Below are positions 38,674 through 48,262 of a stretch of 64,000 nt of DNA, piece by piece. The notes below the pieces were generated by a model, which was given only the letters and a program-made list of their open reading frames with translations, made no database searches and was not told the DNA's origin. The translations under genes and the position numbers were made by a program. The stretch covers positions 1,165-65,164 of the forward strand of contig JACNJW010000035.1 of NCBI GenBank assembly GCA_014382365.1. Direction: 5' to 3'. The first letter of the stretch is position 1. Every line of letters begins with the position of its first letter. Source of the stretch: SAR324 cluster bacterium (GTDB lineage: Bacteria; SAR324; NAC60-12).

Positions 38674-40956
38674 ATGACTTCTGAATCTTGTTTCCTCCAA
38701 CATGTCTCAAGGGACTTGCCGCTCAATATGTCATTACGTCTCCAGGAATTACTGAAAAATTACAAAGAATTAATTGCTTCCGATCCTAACATCCGTAACA
38801 GGATGCTGGCAGTAGTCGTCTTATTGTTTTTGCTGCTTGTACTGGTAATGTTCAGTATGCAACAGGGATTTTCAGTACTTGAGCAATCAGGATCGCAGTT
38901 GATGATATTTGTGGCAATCAATGTAAATATTGTCCTGCTGGCAATTGTTTTTTACCTGATTGCACGGAATCTACTCAAGCTTTCTTATGAGCGCCGGCGT
39001 CATGTTCTTGGTGTTAATTTAAAAACAAAACTCATTACTTCCTTCATTGTCCTCTCTTTACCGGCAATGGGTTTTCACCTTTTTGCCAGTTTCTTCATTG
39101 CCACAAACCTGGAGTCCTGGCTCAAAGGTCAACAGGAGTCTATGCTGCACAGTGCCCAAAATGTTTCTGAAGCATACCACAACAATCTCCGCAAAACCAT
39201 GGAACTCCAAAATATGATCTGGGAAAATCATTTGAAAGAGAATCCTGGAGAATTAGAGATGCTGACTCCACCGAAAAATGTTGGGGCAGACGCGACTCTT
39301 TACTCCAAAGATCAGGAGTTGATAAAGCAGTGGATTCAAAATGAGATAACACAACTCTATTGGAAAAACCCTTCATTAAATGACTGGTACCAGATAAAAG
39401 CAAAAAACCAAACATGGTTTACTGCAGACTTGGGTGAGCGCTACATTTACCGCCTGATCAGGCCCATTGTACTGGATAACAAAAAATTATATTTAGAGAC
39501 TTTTTATCCGGCAACACCACATGCTTCAGGAGCAGTTAACGAAATCATTGCCCAGGATCAAAACAGTCAATTTTTTACAGAATCTGAAGATTTGGTGCGC
39601 GGCTATTATTTGATCATTTTTCTGTTGATGACTCTCTTTATTATTTTTGTGGCCACCTGGCTGGCTTTCTATCTGGCACGTGGTTTTGTGCAGCCTATCG
39701 AAGATCTGGCACTTGCTACGCAACGTGTTTCAGAAGGTGAATTGGGTTATCAGGTAGAGCTGCGTGGGCCTTTAGACAAAGACTTTGCCTTATTGATGCA
39801 GTCGTTTAACTCCATGAGCCGAGATCTGCTTGAAAATCAGGTTGCACTGAATAAAACAACCATGCATCTCCAGGAAAGCCATCGGACTCTGGAAAGCCAG
39901 ATTCGTTTTGTTGAGCTTGTTTTGGAAAACATCACAACTGGTGTCATGTCTTTGGATATGGCTGGAAGAGTCGAAATTTTAAATCACTCTGCGAAACAAA
40001 TGCTCCAACTGAAAAGCAACTCAGAGGGTAGAAAACACTACCGGGAGGTTCTGGAAAAAGAATCGCTTGAAATGTTTGAGGAAATGGTGGCACAAATTGA
40101 GTCTGCAAAAGAACGCTCCATTTCCCGCAACCTGATCGTTCACAAAAAAGAGGGTCCTGTTCAAGTTTCAGCAACTCTTCTGCTCCTGCAAAACAGTGAA
40201 GGTAAATCTGCAGGAATGGTCTGTGTTTACAACAACATTACAGAAATACAACGTCTGCAGCGGGCCCGTGCATGGAGAGAAGTAGCACGGCGTATTGCCC
40301 ATGAAATTAAAAACCCTCTCACTCCAATCCAACTTTCTGCAGAGCGGATCCAGCGAAAATATGCGGGAGAGGTTTCAGATGATGTTGCGCTTCAGCAGTC
40401 AACACAGACTATCATCAAAGAAGTTCAACATCTAAAACAGATGGTCAGTGAATTTTCCAACTTTGCAAAAATTCCTGAAACAAATCCTCATTTAAGTGAT
40501 TTGAACCAAATTGTCAGGGAAGCCCTTTTACTATATCATGAAAACATGCCTGCCAGAATTTCCCTGAATACTGAGTTAAGTGAGTCACTTCCGCAACTTC
40601 CATTAGATAGTGACCAAATACGGCGGGTTGTTATCAATTTAGTCGACAATGCTATCAGTTCAATTGAAAAAAAAGGAGCGCTTTCGCGTATTTTCCGTCA
40701 GGGAGAAATCATTGTCCGTACCCGTCATGTTCCTGATTTGAACATTATTTTCCTTGATGTCGAGGATAACGGAACCGGAATTTCTCCAGAAATTTCAGAC
40801 GATCTTTTTGAACCTTATACAACAACCAAAGAGCATGGTACCGGACTTGGACTGACCATCGTCAGTCAAACTATTTCCGATCACAACGGCTTCACCCGTT
40901 TCCGCAATTTAGAATCCGGTGGTGTCTGTTTTACAATCGAACTTCCTGTTGCTTGA
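38674..40956 (+). CDS. NtrY-like sensor histidine kinase (TM-HAMP-PAS-HisKA-HATPase)
   Basis: AWREVARRIAHEIKNPLTPIQLSAER, NLVDNA, DNGTGI, FEPY.TTK..GTGLGL. Confidence 0.92.
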   Translation: MTSESCFLQHVSRDLPLNMSLRLQELLKNYKELIASDPNIRNRMLAVVVLLFLLLVLVMFSMQQGFSVLEQSGSQLMIFVAINVNIVLLAIVFYLIARNLLKLSYERRRHVLGVNLKTKLITSFIVLSLPAMGFHLFASFFIATNLESWLKGQQESMLHSAQNVSEAYHNNLRKTMELQNMIWENHLKENPGELEMLTPPKNVGADATLYSKDQELIKQWIQNEITQLYWKNPSLNDWYQIKAKNQTWFTADLGERYIYRLIRPIVLDNKKLYLETFYPATPHASGAVNEIIAQDQNSQFFTESEDLVRGYYLIIFLLMTLFIIFVATWLAFYLARGFVQPIEDLALATQRVSEGELGYQVELRGPLDKDFALLMQSFNSMSRDLLENQVALNKTTMHLQESHRTLESQIRFVELVLENITTGVMSLDMAGRVEILNHSAKQMLQLKSNSEGRKHYREVLEKESLEMFEEMVAQIESAKERSISRNLIVHKKEGPVQVSATLLLLQNSEGKSAGMVCVYNNITEIQRLQRARAWREVARRIAHEIKNPLTPIQLSAERIQRKYAGEVSDDVALQQSTQTIIKEVQHLKQMVSEFSNFAKIPETNPHLSDLNQIVREALLLYHENMPARISLNTELSESLPQLPLDSDQIRRVVINLVDNAISSIEKKGALSRIFRQGEIIVRTRHVPDLNIIFLDVEDNGTGISPEISDDLFEPYTTTKEHGTGLGLTIVSQTISDHNGFTRFRNLESGGVCFTIELPVA

Positions 40957-40972
40957 AAAGAGTAAACCAGCA

Positions 40973-41392
40973 ATGAAAATATTTCAGCAAGTTCTGCAGT
41001 TCAAGACCCGCGGCAAAGGGCTGCTGGAAATCACAAACGAAGTCCAGGAGATAATACGAGCCTCTGAAATTACTTCCGGATTATGTAGTTTATTTGTTCG
41101 GCACACTTCAGCAAGTCTTGTTATTCAGGAAAATGCCGATCCTGATGTTCAAGAGGATCTCGAATATTTTTTTGGAAAGCTGGTTCCGGAAAACGATTTA
41201 GGATATACTCACACCATGGAAGGGCCAGATGACATGCCTTCACATATCCGAAGTGCCTTAACCAGAACATCTGAGCAGATTCCAATTATCGGTGCTAAAA
41301 TGCTTTTGGGAACCTGGCAGGGAATTTTTCTCTGGGAACACCGCTCGACTGGTCATAGCAGAAATGTGGTAGTGCATATTTCCGGAAATTAA
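40973..41392 (+). CDS. yjbQ: YjbQ/UPF0047 family protein
   Basis: HTSASL.IQENADPDV, H..EGPDDMP.H, LGTWQGIF..EHR. Confidence 0.92.
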   Translation: MKIFQQVLQFKTRGKGLLEITNEVQEIIRASEITSGLCSLFVRHTSASLVIQENADPDVQEDLEYFFGKLVPENDLGYTHTMEGPDDMPSHIRSALTRTSEQIPIIGAKMLLGTWQGIFLWEHRSTGHSRNVVVHISGN

Positions 41393-41483
41393 TTCTTGTA
41401 TTTGGCTTGTGAATACTTTCATGCTGCTTTAAAGTTCAAACTTTTTTAACTAAAAACTTATTCCAGAAAAAAACACTAGATCC

Positions 41484-43163
41484 ATGCAAACAAAATTTAT
41501 ATTTATTACCGGAGGTGTAGTTTCCGGTCTGGGCAAAGGAATTGCTGCTGCTTCTATCGGAGCATTACTTGAGTCAAGGGGTCTGACAGTCAGTCTAATG
41601 AAATTAGATCCCTATATAAATGTAGACGCCGGTACCATGAATCCCTTTCAGCACGGTGAAGTTTTTGTCACGGTGGATGGTGCAGAAACAGACTTGGATC
41701 TTGGACATTACGAACGCTACACAAATGCTGTCCTGACCCGCAGGCATAACCGTACAACCGGTCAGATATATGATGCCGTTATTCGAAAAGAACGTGCCGG
41801 TGACTATTTGGGTGCAACTGTTCAGGTGATTCCGCATGTAATTGATGAAATTAAGGACACGATCTCTGAAGCTGCCAGATTGGCAAAAAATAATGACAAA
41901 TCAGGTACTGCTCCAAACGCAGATATTTGTATTGTAGAAATCGGCGGTACTGTTGGAGATATTGAATCCCTGCCTTTTCTTGAAGCAATCCGTCAGTATA
42001 GACATGATCATGGTCGAGAAAACACTTTGTTCATTCATTTGACTTTGATTATTCAAACTACAGAAATGAAAACTAAACCTACTCAGCACAGCGTAGGTAA
42101 ACTGAGGGAAATCGGAATTCAGCCTGATATCCTGATCTGCCGTACTTCAGAGATGCTGACGGAAAAAGTTCGTAGCAAAATATCTCTCTTTACCAATGTT
42201 CCGGAAAATTCTGTTGTGAATGGACTTGACGTTGAGTCGGTATATGAAGCTCCATTGATGTTTCATCAACAGGAGTTGGACAATACAATCATGAGCTATC
42301 TACAAATGTGGACAGGAAGTCCAAAGCTGCAGCCCTGGGTTGATTTGATTGATAATTATAAAAATCCGCAGGATGAAGTTGATATTGCTTTTATTGGAAA
42401 ATATGTTGCACACCGGGATTCCTATGAAAGTCTGAATGAGGCGTTGCTGCATGGTGGTATTGCAAACCGCCTGAAAGTTAATCTGCATTATATTGATTCA
42501 GAATTTTTAACTGAAGAAAATGTAGTTGAGCAGTTGAAAGATATGGATGGTGTGCTCGTTGCTCCAGGTTTTGGAGAACGTGGTACTGAAGGAAAGATAT
42601 CTGCAATCCAAATTGCCAGGACAAAGAAAATACCTTTTTTTGGCATCTGCCTCGGAATGCAAATGGCATTCATAGAGTTTGCACGCAATGTTGTTGGAAT
42701 TAAAACTGCAAATTCTGGTGAGTCCCGACCGGACCATCCTGAAAACGTGATTGATTTGATGCCGGAACAAGAAGGACAGGAGGAAACTGGTGGTACAATG
42801 CGCCTTGGCAGTCAAACTACTGAACTGAAAAAAGGCACCCTGATTGCTGATATATACAATAAAACAACAATTTCAGAACGACATCGGCACCGCTATGAAG
42901 TAATGAATTATTTTGTTCCCAGGTTTGAAGAAGCAGGAATGACTATTTCCGGCCGTCATCCTGAACGCAATTTAGTTGAAACGATTGAACTGCAAGAACA
43001 TCCTTGGTTCATTGGTTGTCAATACCATCCTGAACTCCAATCAAAACCACTAAGACCACATCCTCTGTTTTCTGCATTTATAGCAGCCTCTTATGTTAAT
43101 CGACAGACAAGACTAGGTCTTAAACAAAATTCGAAAAAAACAGTCACTACTTCAAATGTTTAA
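41484..43163 (+). CDS. pyrG: CTP synthase
   Basis: GGVVSGLGKG, KLDPYINVD, TKPTQHSV, GICLGMQ, ERHRHRYE, QYHPE. Confidence 0.98.
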   Translation: MQTKFIFITGGVVSGLGKGIAAASIGALLESRGLTVSLMKLDPYINVDAGTMNPFQHGEVFVTVDGAETDLDLGHYERYTNAVLTRRHNRTTGQIYDAVIRKERAGDYLGATVQVIPHVIDEIKDTISEAARLAKNNDKSGTAPNADICIVEIGGTVGDIESLPFLEAIRQYRHDHGRENTLFIHLTLIIQTTEMKTKPTQHSVGKLREIGIQPDILICRTSEMLTEKVRSKISLFTNVPENSVVNGLDVESVYEAPLMFHQQELDNTIMSYLQMWTGSPKLQPWVDLIDNYKNPQDEVDIAFIGKYVAHRDSYESLNEALLHGGIANRLKVNLHYIDSEFLTEENVVEQLKDMDGVLVAPGFGERGTEGKISAIQIARTKKIPFFGICLGMQMAFIEFARNVVGIKTANSGESRPDHPENVIDLMPEQEGQEETGGTMRLGSQTTELKKGTLIADIYNKTTISERHRHRYEVMNYFVPRFEEAGMTISGRHPERNLVETIELQEHPWFIGCQYHPELQSKPLRPHPLFSAFIAASYVNRQTRLGLKQNSKKTVTTSNV

Positions 43164-44403
43164 GCAACTGATCTTCAAAACACTGCCTGTCTTGCTCTTC
43201 TTTTTCAGTCTTGTTGTAACTGAACCTGCCTGGAATTTGAATCAAAAAAGTTTCAGTTCACCAAACAGTGGCTACAAAATCACACGCAATACACTGAATC
43301 ACTTACAAAGAGAAGGCTTTTCAAAAACACTTACTGGTCTGCTGTCTCCCATCTTGAATAATGTTTATCTCAACCGCAAAAAATTTATTGCCGACTTGCC
43401 GATACATCTCACGAAAAAAGAACAGGATCTTCTTTTACGCTTTGCTTCAACAGAGCAAATAAAAATACAGGCTGATGAATTCAGCAGTGATCTTAATGAA
43501 AATGCTGCCGTTTTCCGTGGAAACGTAAAAGGAGTCATTCCCAGAGAAAACATAGAGTTGGCTACTGCAAAACTTCGTCTGGTCTCAGGAAATGGAAGTA
43601 ACTTCGAAAAATTGATTGGTGAGGGTGGTGTTCAGATCAAACAATGGGACAGAGAGGTTCGCTCTGATTTTGCAATTTATACACAGATTGATCTTGAAAA
43701 ACCAGTACCTGATAAAATTTCTGCTGAAACAATCCGGACGCCTCAGCAAACATTACAGCTGAAAGGTAAAGTCCTGATGAAAGCCGCTCAGGGCATGGTA
43801 AACAGCGAAACTGTTTTTGTGGATCTTCTTCAGCAACAGGCTGTCCTGGAAGGTCAGGATGCAAGCAGTGACGGTCGCATTCGGGTTGAAGCAAATCTCA
43901 CTGAACTGGAAACAAACCAAGATCAGCAGGACAAGGCAAACAAAACAGCTCCTGCAGAAGATGGCTCCAAGAATCCTACTCAACCAAGCAAAGTTATTTT
44001 ATTTGCCTCACGAGCAGTGTTGGACAATACAAAGCATCAGGCAATGTTTGAGGGTAATGTTGAAATGGAACGAAACCCCGATAAACTCTATATAAATGCA
44101 GGGAAAATCACTTTACGTCTGAATGACTTACAGGAACTGCTCTCTATCAAGGCTGAGCAGGGTGTCTGTTTTGAGCAACCTGGACGTGTTGCTAAAGCCG
44201 AACAGGCTAACTTTAATGAAATTGAACAAACCATTTTACTTGAAGGAAATGCGGAGGTTCAGTCAGGACAATATCATCTGCAGGGCAACTCTATCAATTT
44301 ATATCTTGATGTAAATAAAGGAGTGGCTCAGGGTGATAACAAAGCCCCCATCCAAATGACAATCCTGGGAAAACAGTCCCCGTCAATCTTTGCCTGTAGA
44401 TGA
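43156..44403 (+). CDS. Extended LptA/OstA-like beta-jellyroll protein
   Basis: N-terminal hydrophobic leader; two sets of OstA motifs (I.AD...A.F.GNV; A.FEGNV...I.A...A.A..A......I.LEGNA.V......GNSI). Confidence 0.7.
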   Translation: MFKQLIFKTLPVLLFFFSLVVTEPAWNLNQKSFSSPNSGYKITRNTLNHLQREGFSKTLTGLLSPILNNVYLNRKKFIADLPIHLTKKEQDLLLRFASTEQIKIQADEFSSDLNENAAVFRGNVKGVIPRENIELATAKLRLVSGNGSNFEKLIGEGGVQIKQWDREVRSDFAIYTQIDLEKPVPDKISAETIRTPQQTLQLKGKVLMKAAQGMVNSETVFVDLLQQQAVLEGQDASSDGRIRVEANLTELETNQDQQDKANKTAPAEDGSKNPTQPSKVILFASRAVLDNTKHQAMFEGNVEMERNPDKLYINAGKITLRLNDLQELLSIKAEQGVCFEQPGRVAKAEQANFNEIEQTILLEGNAEVQSGQYHLQGNSINLYLDVNKGVAQGDNKAPIQMTILGKQSPSIFACR

Positions 44404-44825
44404 AAATTGGCTCAGCTGCAGCTACTCAACAGCAAACTACTAAAGTAAATAAACGACCGCAATTAGCTCTTGATGCAGCTTTTAAAAACTCAGGATCAGG
44501 AATTCAAATTTACATCGAACGACCTGGACACGGAGACAAATCAAAAGACGGCAGTCACCTCAAAGTGCACTATGAAGGCTGGCTGGCAGAGGACTTCAAA
44601 TTGTTTGACAGCAGCCGGGCAAAGCGACGTCCTTTTGAGTTTAATTTAGGAAAAGGCAACGTAATTACCGGCTGGGATGAGGCTCTCAAAGGTGTAAGGG
44701 AAGGTACAAAACTGCAGCTTAAAATACCTGCCAGACTGGCTTACGGCCGGGAAGGAGTTTCCTCAATGGGAATCCCGCCAAATGCCAATTTGATCTTCAA
44801 GGTAGAAGTCCTTAAAGTAACCTGA
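44400..44825 (+). CDS. FKBP-type peptidyl-prolyl cis-trans isomerase
   Basis: VHYEG.L, FDSS, F.LG.G.VI.GWDE, IP..LAYG, IPPNA.L.F.VE. Confidence 0.93.
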   Translation: MKIGSAAATQQQTTKVNKRPQLALDAAFKNSGSGIQIYIERPGHGDKSKDGSHLKVHYEGWLAEDFKLFDSSRAKRRPFEFNLGKGNVITGWDEALKGVREGTKLQLKIPARLAYGREGVSSMGIPPNANLIFKVEVLKVT

Positions 44826-44919
44826 AACAAAGTCATTTTTTCTGAACAAGCAGCTTTTACTAACTCCACTTTGATGCAGATAATCTAAAATTCAACAGAA
44901 ATTTGCATAAAATTATTCT

Positions 44920-45687
44920 ATGAAACCGGCAAACAGAAGAACTGAAATCGTGAAGATGGTTCGGCAGCGCAACCGCATTACTGTGGATGAACTGGCAGCT
45001 AAGCTTCATATTTCGCGGGAAACCGTAAGGCGGGATTTAACTATGCTGGCCAAAACGGGGGAAATTCAAAAATATCACGGTGGAGCTTCATTACCAACTA
45101 TGCTGGGAGAAGGTCCTTTTTTAAGCAGAATGGGCAAAAACACAGAAGCCAAAGTTCTGATTGCAGAGGAAGCAGTAAAACTAGTAATCCCGGGAGAAAC
45201 TCTTTTTATTGATACCGGTTCAACCACACTTTATTTTGCTGAAAAACTGGCAAAAATACCGGATTTAACAGTAGTTACAAATTCTGCAGAAATTGCCAGA
45301 ACGATCAGCATTGCTCCTCTACAGTCTAAAGTGTTTTTGCTGGGAGGAGAGTTCAGTGCAGATAATCGTCAAACTTTTGGAAGTCTGGCTATCTCACAAA
45401 TTCACTCCTTCCGTGCGCATCATGCCATTCTTGCCGTTGGTGCACTTGATTCACAAACCGGAGTGATGGATTTCAATATCAACGAAGCACAAGTCGCACA
45501 AGCCATGCTCACACAAGCTGAATCTTTAACTATTTTAGTGGATAGTTCAAAATTTGAAAAAATTGCTTCATTTGAAGTATGTGAGCTTGAGAGAATCACC
45601 AACCTGGTCTGTGAACAGCCTCCTCCAGATGAAATAAAAGAAGCCCTGTTGAAAGCAAAAGTAAACATTTGTTGTGCTGCCGTATAA
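44920..45687 (+). CDS. DeoR/GlpR family transcriptional regulator
   Basis: R...I, S.ET.RRDL HTH, FIDTGSTT, VVTNS, LLGG, DSSKF. Confidence 0.94.
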   Translation: MKPANRRTEIVKMVRQRNRITVDELAAKLHISRETVRRDLTMLAKTGEIQKYHGGASLPTMLGEGPFLSRMGKNTEAKVLIAEEAVKLVIPGETLFIDTGSTTLYFAEKLAKIPDLTVVTNSAEIARTISIAPLQSKVFLLGGEFSADNRQTFGSLAISQIHSFRAHHAILAVGALDSQTGVMDFNINEAQVAQAMLTQAESLTILVDSSKFEKIASFEVCELERITNLVCEQPPPDEIKEALLKAKVNICCAAV

Positions 45688-45723
45688 TAACCTCCTCATA
45701 TAAATCCAGTTGTAAAATAATAG

Positions 45724-45752
45724 TTGACTGAACGGTTGTTTTATTCTACTAT
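45724..45752 (+). promoter_or_regulatory. Sigma70-type promoter of the oxidoreductase/kinase operon
   Basis: TTGACT (45724-45729), 17 bp, TACTAT (45747-45752). Confidence 0.5.
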
Positions 45753-45758
45753 TCGGTC

Positions 45759-47216
45759 ATGACAAAACTGCTTAATATTAAATCTACTACAAAGGATAAT
45801 TCAAACAGTCCTTCATTACTTGCAACTGCAGATGTTGCTGTGATCGGCGGGGGAGTGGTCGGTTGTGCGGTTGCCAGGCGGTTAGCCCTTGAAGGAGCTT
45901 CGGTTGTTTTGCTGGAAAAAGCAGCAGACATTCTTGGCGGTGCCAGCAAAGGCAACAGTGCTATTCTTCATACTGGATTTGATGCTCCGATAGATTCGTT
46001 GGAAATGGAATGTGTCCGTAACGGCTACCATGAATATCTGCAAATTCATAAAAGCCTCAATCTTCCGGTGCTTAAAACTGGAGCACTTGTGGCAGCCTGG
46101 ACTGAAGAAGAAGTAGAGCGTTTTGCTGGTATTTTAGCAAAAGCACAGCATAACGGCATTGAGGATTTGCGTTTACTGAATCCGGAGGAAACCCTCAAAC
46201 TGGAACCTAAGCTATCGAGCAGTATTCGGGCAGCCATTCTCGTTCCTCGGGAATTCGTGATTGATCCTTGGTCTGCACCGCTGGCATATCTGAAACAGGC
46301 TCTGGCAAATGGAGGGCAAGCAATTTTTAACGCCGAAGTACTCAGTGGCGATTTCGATGGTTCAAACTGGCTGCTTCAAACAAGTCGTGGCGGAGTAAAA
46401 GCTAAATATGTCATTAATTGCGCCGGACTATACGGTGATCTACTGGATCGGAATCTGCTTGGAGAAAGCAAATTCACAATCAAGCCGCGCAAGGGCCAAT
46501 TCGTAGTTTTTGACAAAGCAGCGAATGCTTTGATTCAAGCAATTATTTTACCTGTACCTACAGAACGCACAAAAGGGATTGTGATTTTTCCCACAATTTT
46601 TGGTAACCTTGCAGTTGGTCCAACTGCAGAAGAGCAGGAAAGCAGGAATGATGCATCCGTGCACAAAAACACTTTGAACGATCTGCATACACAGGCTGTT
46701 AATAGAATTCCTGCACTTGCCAATATTCCGATCACGGCCACTTATGCCGGAATTCGTCCGGCAAGTGAAAAGAAAGAGTACCGGATTGTTGAAGATGTAT
46801 CCCGTAACTGGATCACACTTGGAGGTATTCGCTCCACCGGATTAACTTCTGCACTCGGTCTCGCTCAACATGTACTCGGCCTGCTTGAAAATCAAGGCGC
46901 TGAATTTGAATCCCTCTCTGAACCTGTTGTGCCACAGGTTCCTAATCTTGCGGAACATTTACAACGCGATTGGGAAACTCACAGTGGACATTCAGCCGGA
47001 TACGGTGAAATTGTGTGTCATTGCGAAATGGTCACGCAACGCGAAATTTCCAACGCACTTGAAGGCCTTGTGCCTGCAGGAAGTGTTGACGGTTTGAAAC
47101 GCAGAACCCGCGCCACAATGGGGCGCTGTCAAGGATTCTATTGTGCCGCGCGACTTGCCGAATTGACTGAAGGGAGATTCGAAGAACCATTTGCCGTTGG
47201 AAAAGCCCATGGATAA
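45759..47216 (+). CDS. FAD-dependent oxidoreductase, glycerol-3-phosphate dehydrogenase/L2HG-oxidase-like, with C-terminal BFD-like [2Fe-2S] domain
   Basis: IGGGVVG, SKGNSAILH.G, PRKGQ, GIRSTGLT, VCHCE...KRRTRA.MGRCQG.YC. Confidence 0.88.
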   Translation: MTKLLNIKSTTKDNSNSPSLLATADVAVIGGGVVGCAVARRLALEGASVVLLEKAADILGGASKGNSAILHTGFDAPIDSLEMECVRNGYHEYLQIHKSLNLPVLKTGALVAAWTEEEVERFAGILAKAQHNGIEDLRLLNPEETLKLEPKLSSSIRAAILVPREFVIDPWSAPLAYLKQALANGGQAIFNAEVLSGDFDGSNWLLQTSRGGVKAKYVINCAGLYGDLLDRNLLGESKFTIKPRKGQFVVFDKAANALIQAIILPVPTERTKGIVIFPTIFGNLAVGPTAEEQESRNDASVHKNTLNDLHTQAVNRIPALANIPITATYAGIRPASEKKEYRIVEDVSRNWITLGGIRSTGLTSALGLAQHVLGLLENQGAEFESLSEPVVPQVPNLAEHLQRDWETHSGHSAGYGEIVCHCEMVTQREISNALEGLVPAGSVDGLKRRTRATMGRCQGFYCAARLAELTEGRFEEPFAVGKAHG

Positions 47217-48225
47217 AAGTGTTCTGAATGACAATTGCGATGTGGCAATTATTGGTTCCGGACCAGCCGGACTGGCTGCTGCAATCCTCTTGAAATATTC
47301 CGGAATCCAAAAAGTTGTCGTTTTGGAACGTGAAGCCGAAGCTGGTGGAATTCCCCGGCATTGCGGTCACCCCCCATTTGGTATTCGAGAATTTAAACGT
47401 ATTCTGACCGGACCGAAATATGCGAAAAAGCTCGTTGAAACTGCATTAAATGCAGGAGTTGAGATTGTGCTTAAAACGACAGTGACCTCGCTGGGTACTG
47501 AAGGTGAACTCAGTCTTGTATCACCTGAAGGCCCAAGTCAACTTTCAGCAAAACGTGTTCTGCTGGCTACCGGAATTCGGGAAACTCCGCGCTCTGCAAG
47601 ATTCGTTTCCGGAAGCCGTGCTTTGGGCATCTGCACCACCGGCACACTGCAGTCGATGGTTTATTTGAAAAACCGGATTCCGTTTCGTAGTCCGCTGGTC
47701 GTGGGTACAGAGATTGTCAGTTTTTCTGCACTGCTCACTTGCAAAAATGCAGGCATTCAGCCAGTTGCAATGCTGGAAGAAAAACCGCAGCCCCATGTAC
47801 GTTGGCCGATTTATCAACTGACCCGCTGGTTTTGCGTACCATTATTACTGCAAACAAGCATCGTCAATATTCTGGGCACTGAACGTGTAGAAGCAGTTCA
47901 AGTTTCTGATGAAAACGGAAATGTCCGCGAAATTGCTTGTGACGGAGTTTTATTCACGGGACAATACACTCCGGAATCCAGTTTAGTCCGAGAAAGTCAT
48001 CTTGAGCTTGATCCGGAAACAAACAGTCCTGTTGTTGATTCATTTGGACGTTGTTCTGATCCGGTCTATTTTGCTACAGGAAATATGGTGCAGCTACCTC
48101 GGAATCAAGCCAGGGTTCCTATTTTTTATCTGGCTGAAAACCTGCCAAATCCAGTGGACGATGCGGGTCAATGCTGGAGTCAGGGCCGAGCAGTCGCAAA
48201 AAACATCGTGAAAGATTTGAACTGA
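47209..48225 (+). CDS. NAD(P)/FAD-dependent oxidoreductase (partner subunit)
   Basis: IIGSGPAGL, ERE..AGG.P.HC.H..FG, LTGP.YA, LATG.RE. Confidence 0.85.
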   Translation: MDKSVLNDNCDVAIIGSGPAGLAAAILLKYSGIQKVVVLEREAEAGGIPRHCGHPPFGIREFKRILTGPKYAKKLVETALNAGVEIVLKTTVTSLGTEGELSLVSPEGPSQLSAKRVLLATGIRETPRSARFVSGSRALGICTTGTLQSMVYLKNRIPFRSPLVVGTEIVSFSALLTCKNAGIQPVAMLEEKPQPHVRWPIYQLTRWFCVPLLLQTSIVNILGTERVEAVQVSDENGNVREIACDGVLFTGQYTPESSLVRESHLELDPETNSPVVDSFGRCSDPVYFATGNMVQLPRNQARVPIFYLAENLPNPVDDAGQCWSQGRAVAKNIVKDLN

Positions 48226-48262
48226 AGTTTGTCTTTTGCCTCCACTTATAAACGAATGTAAA

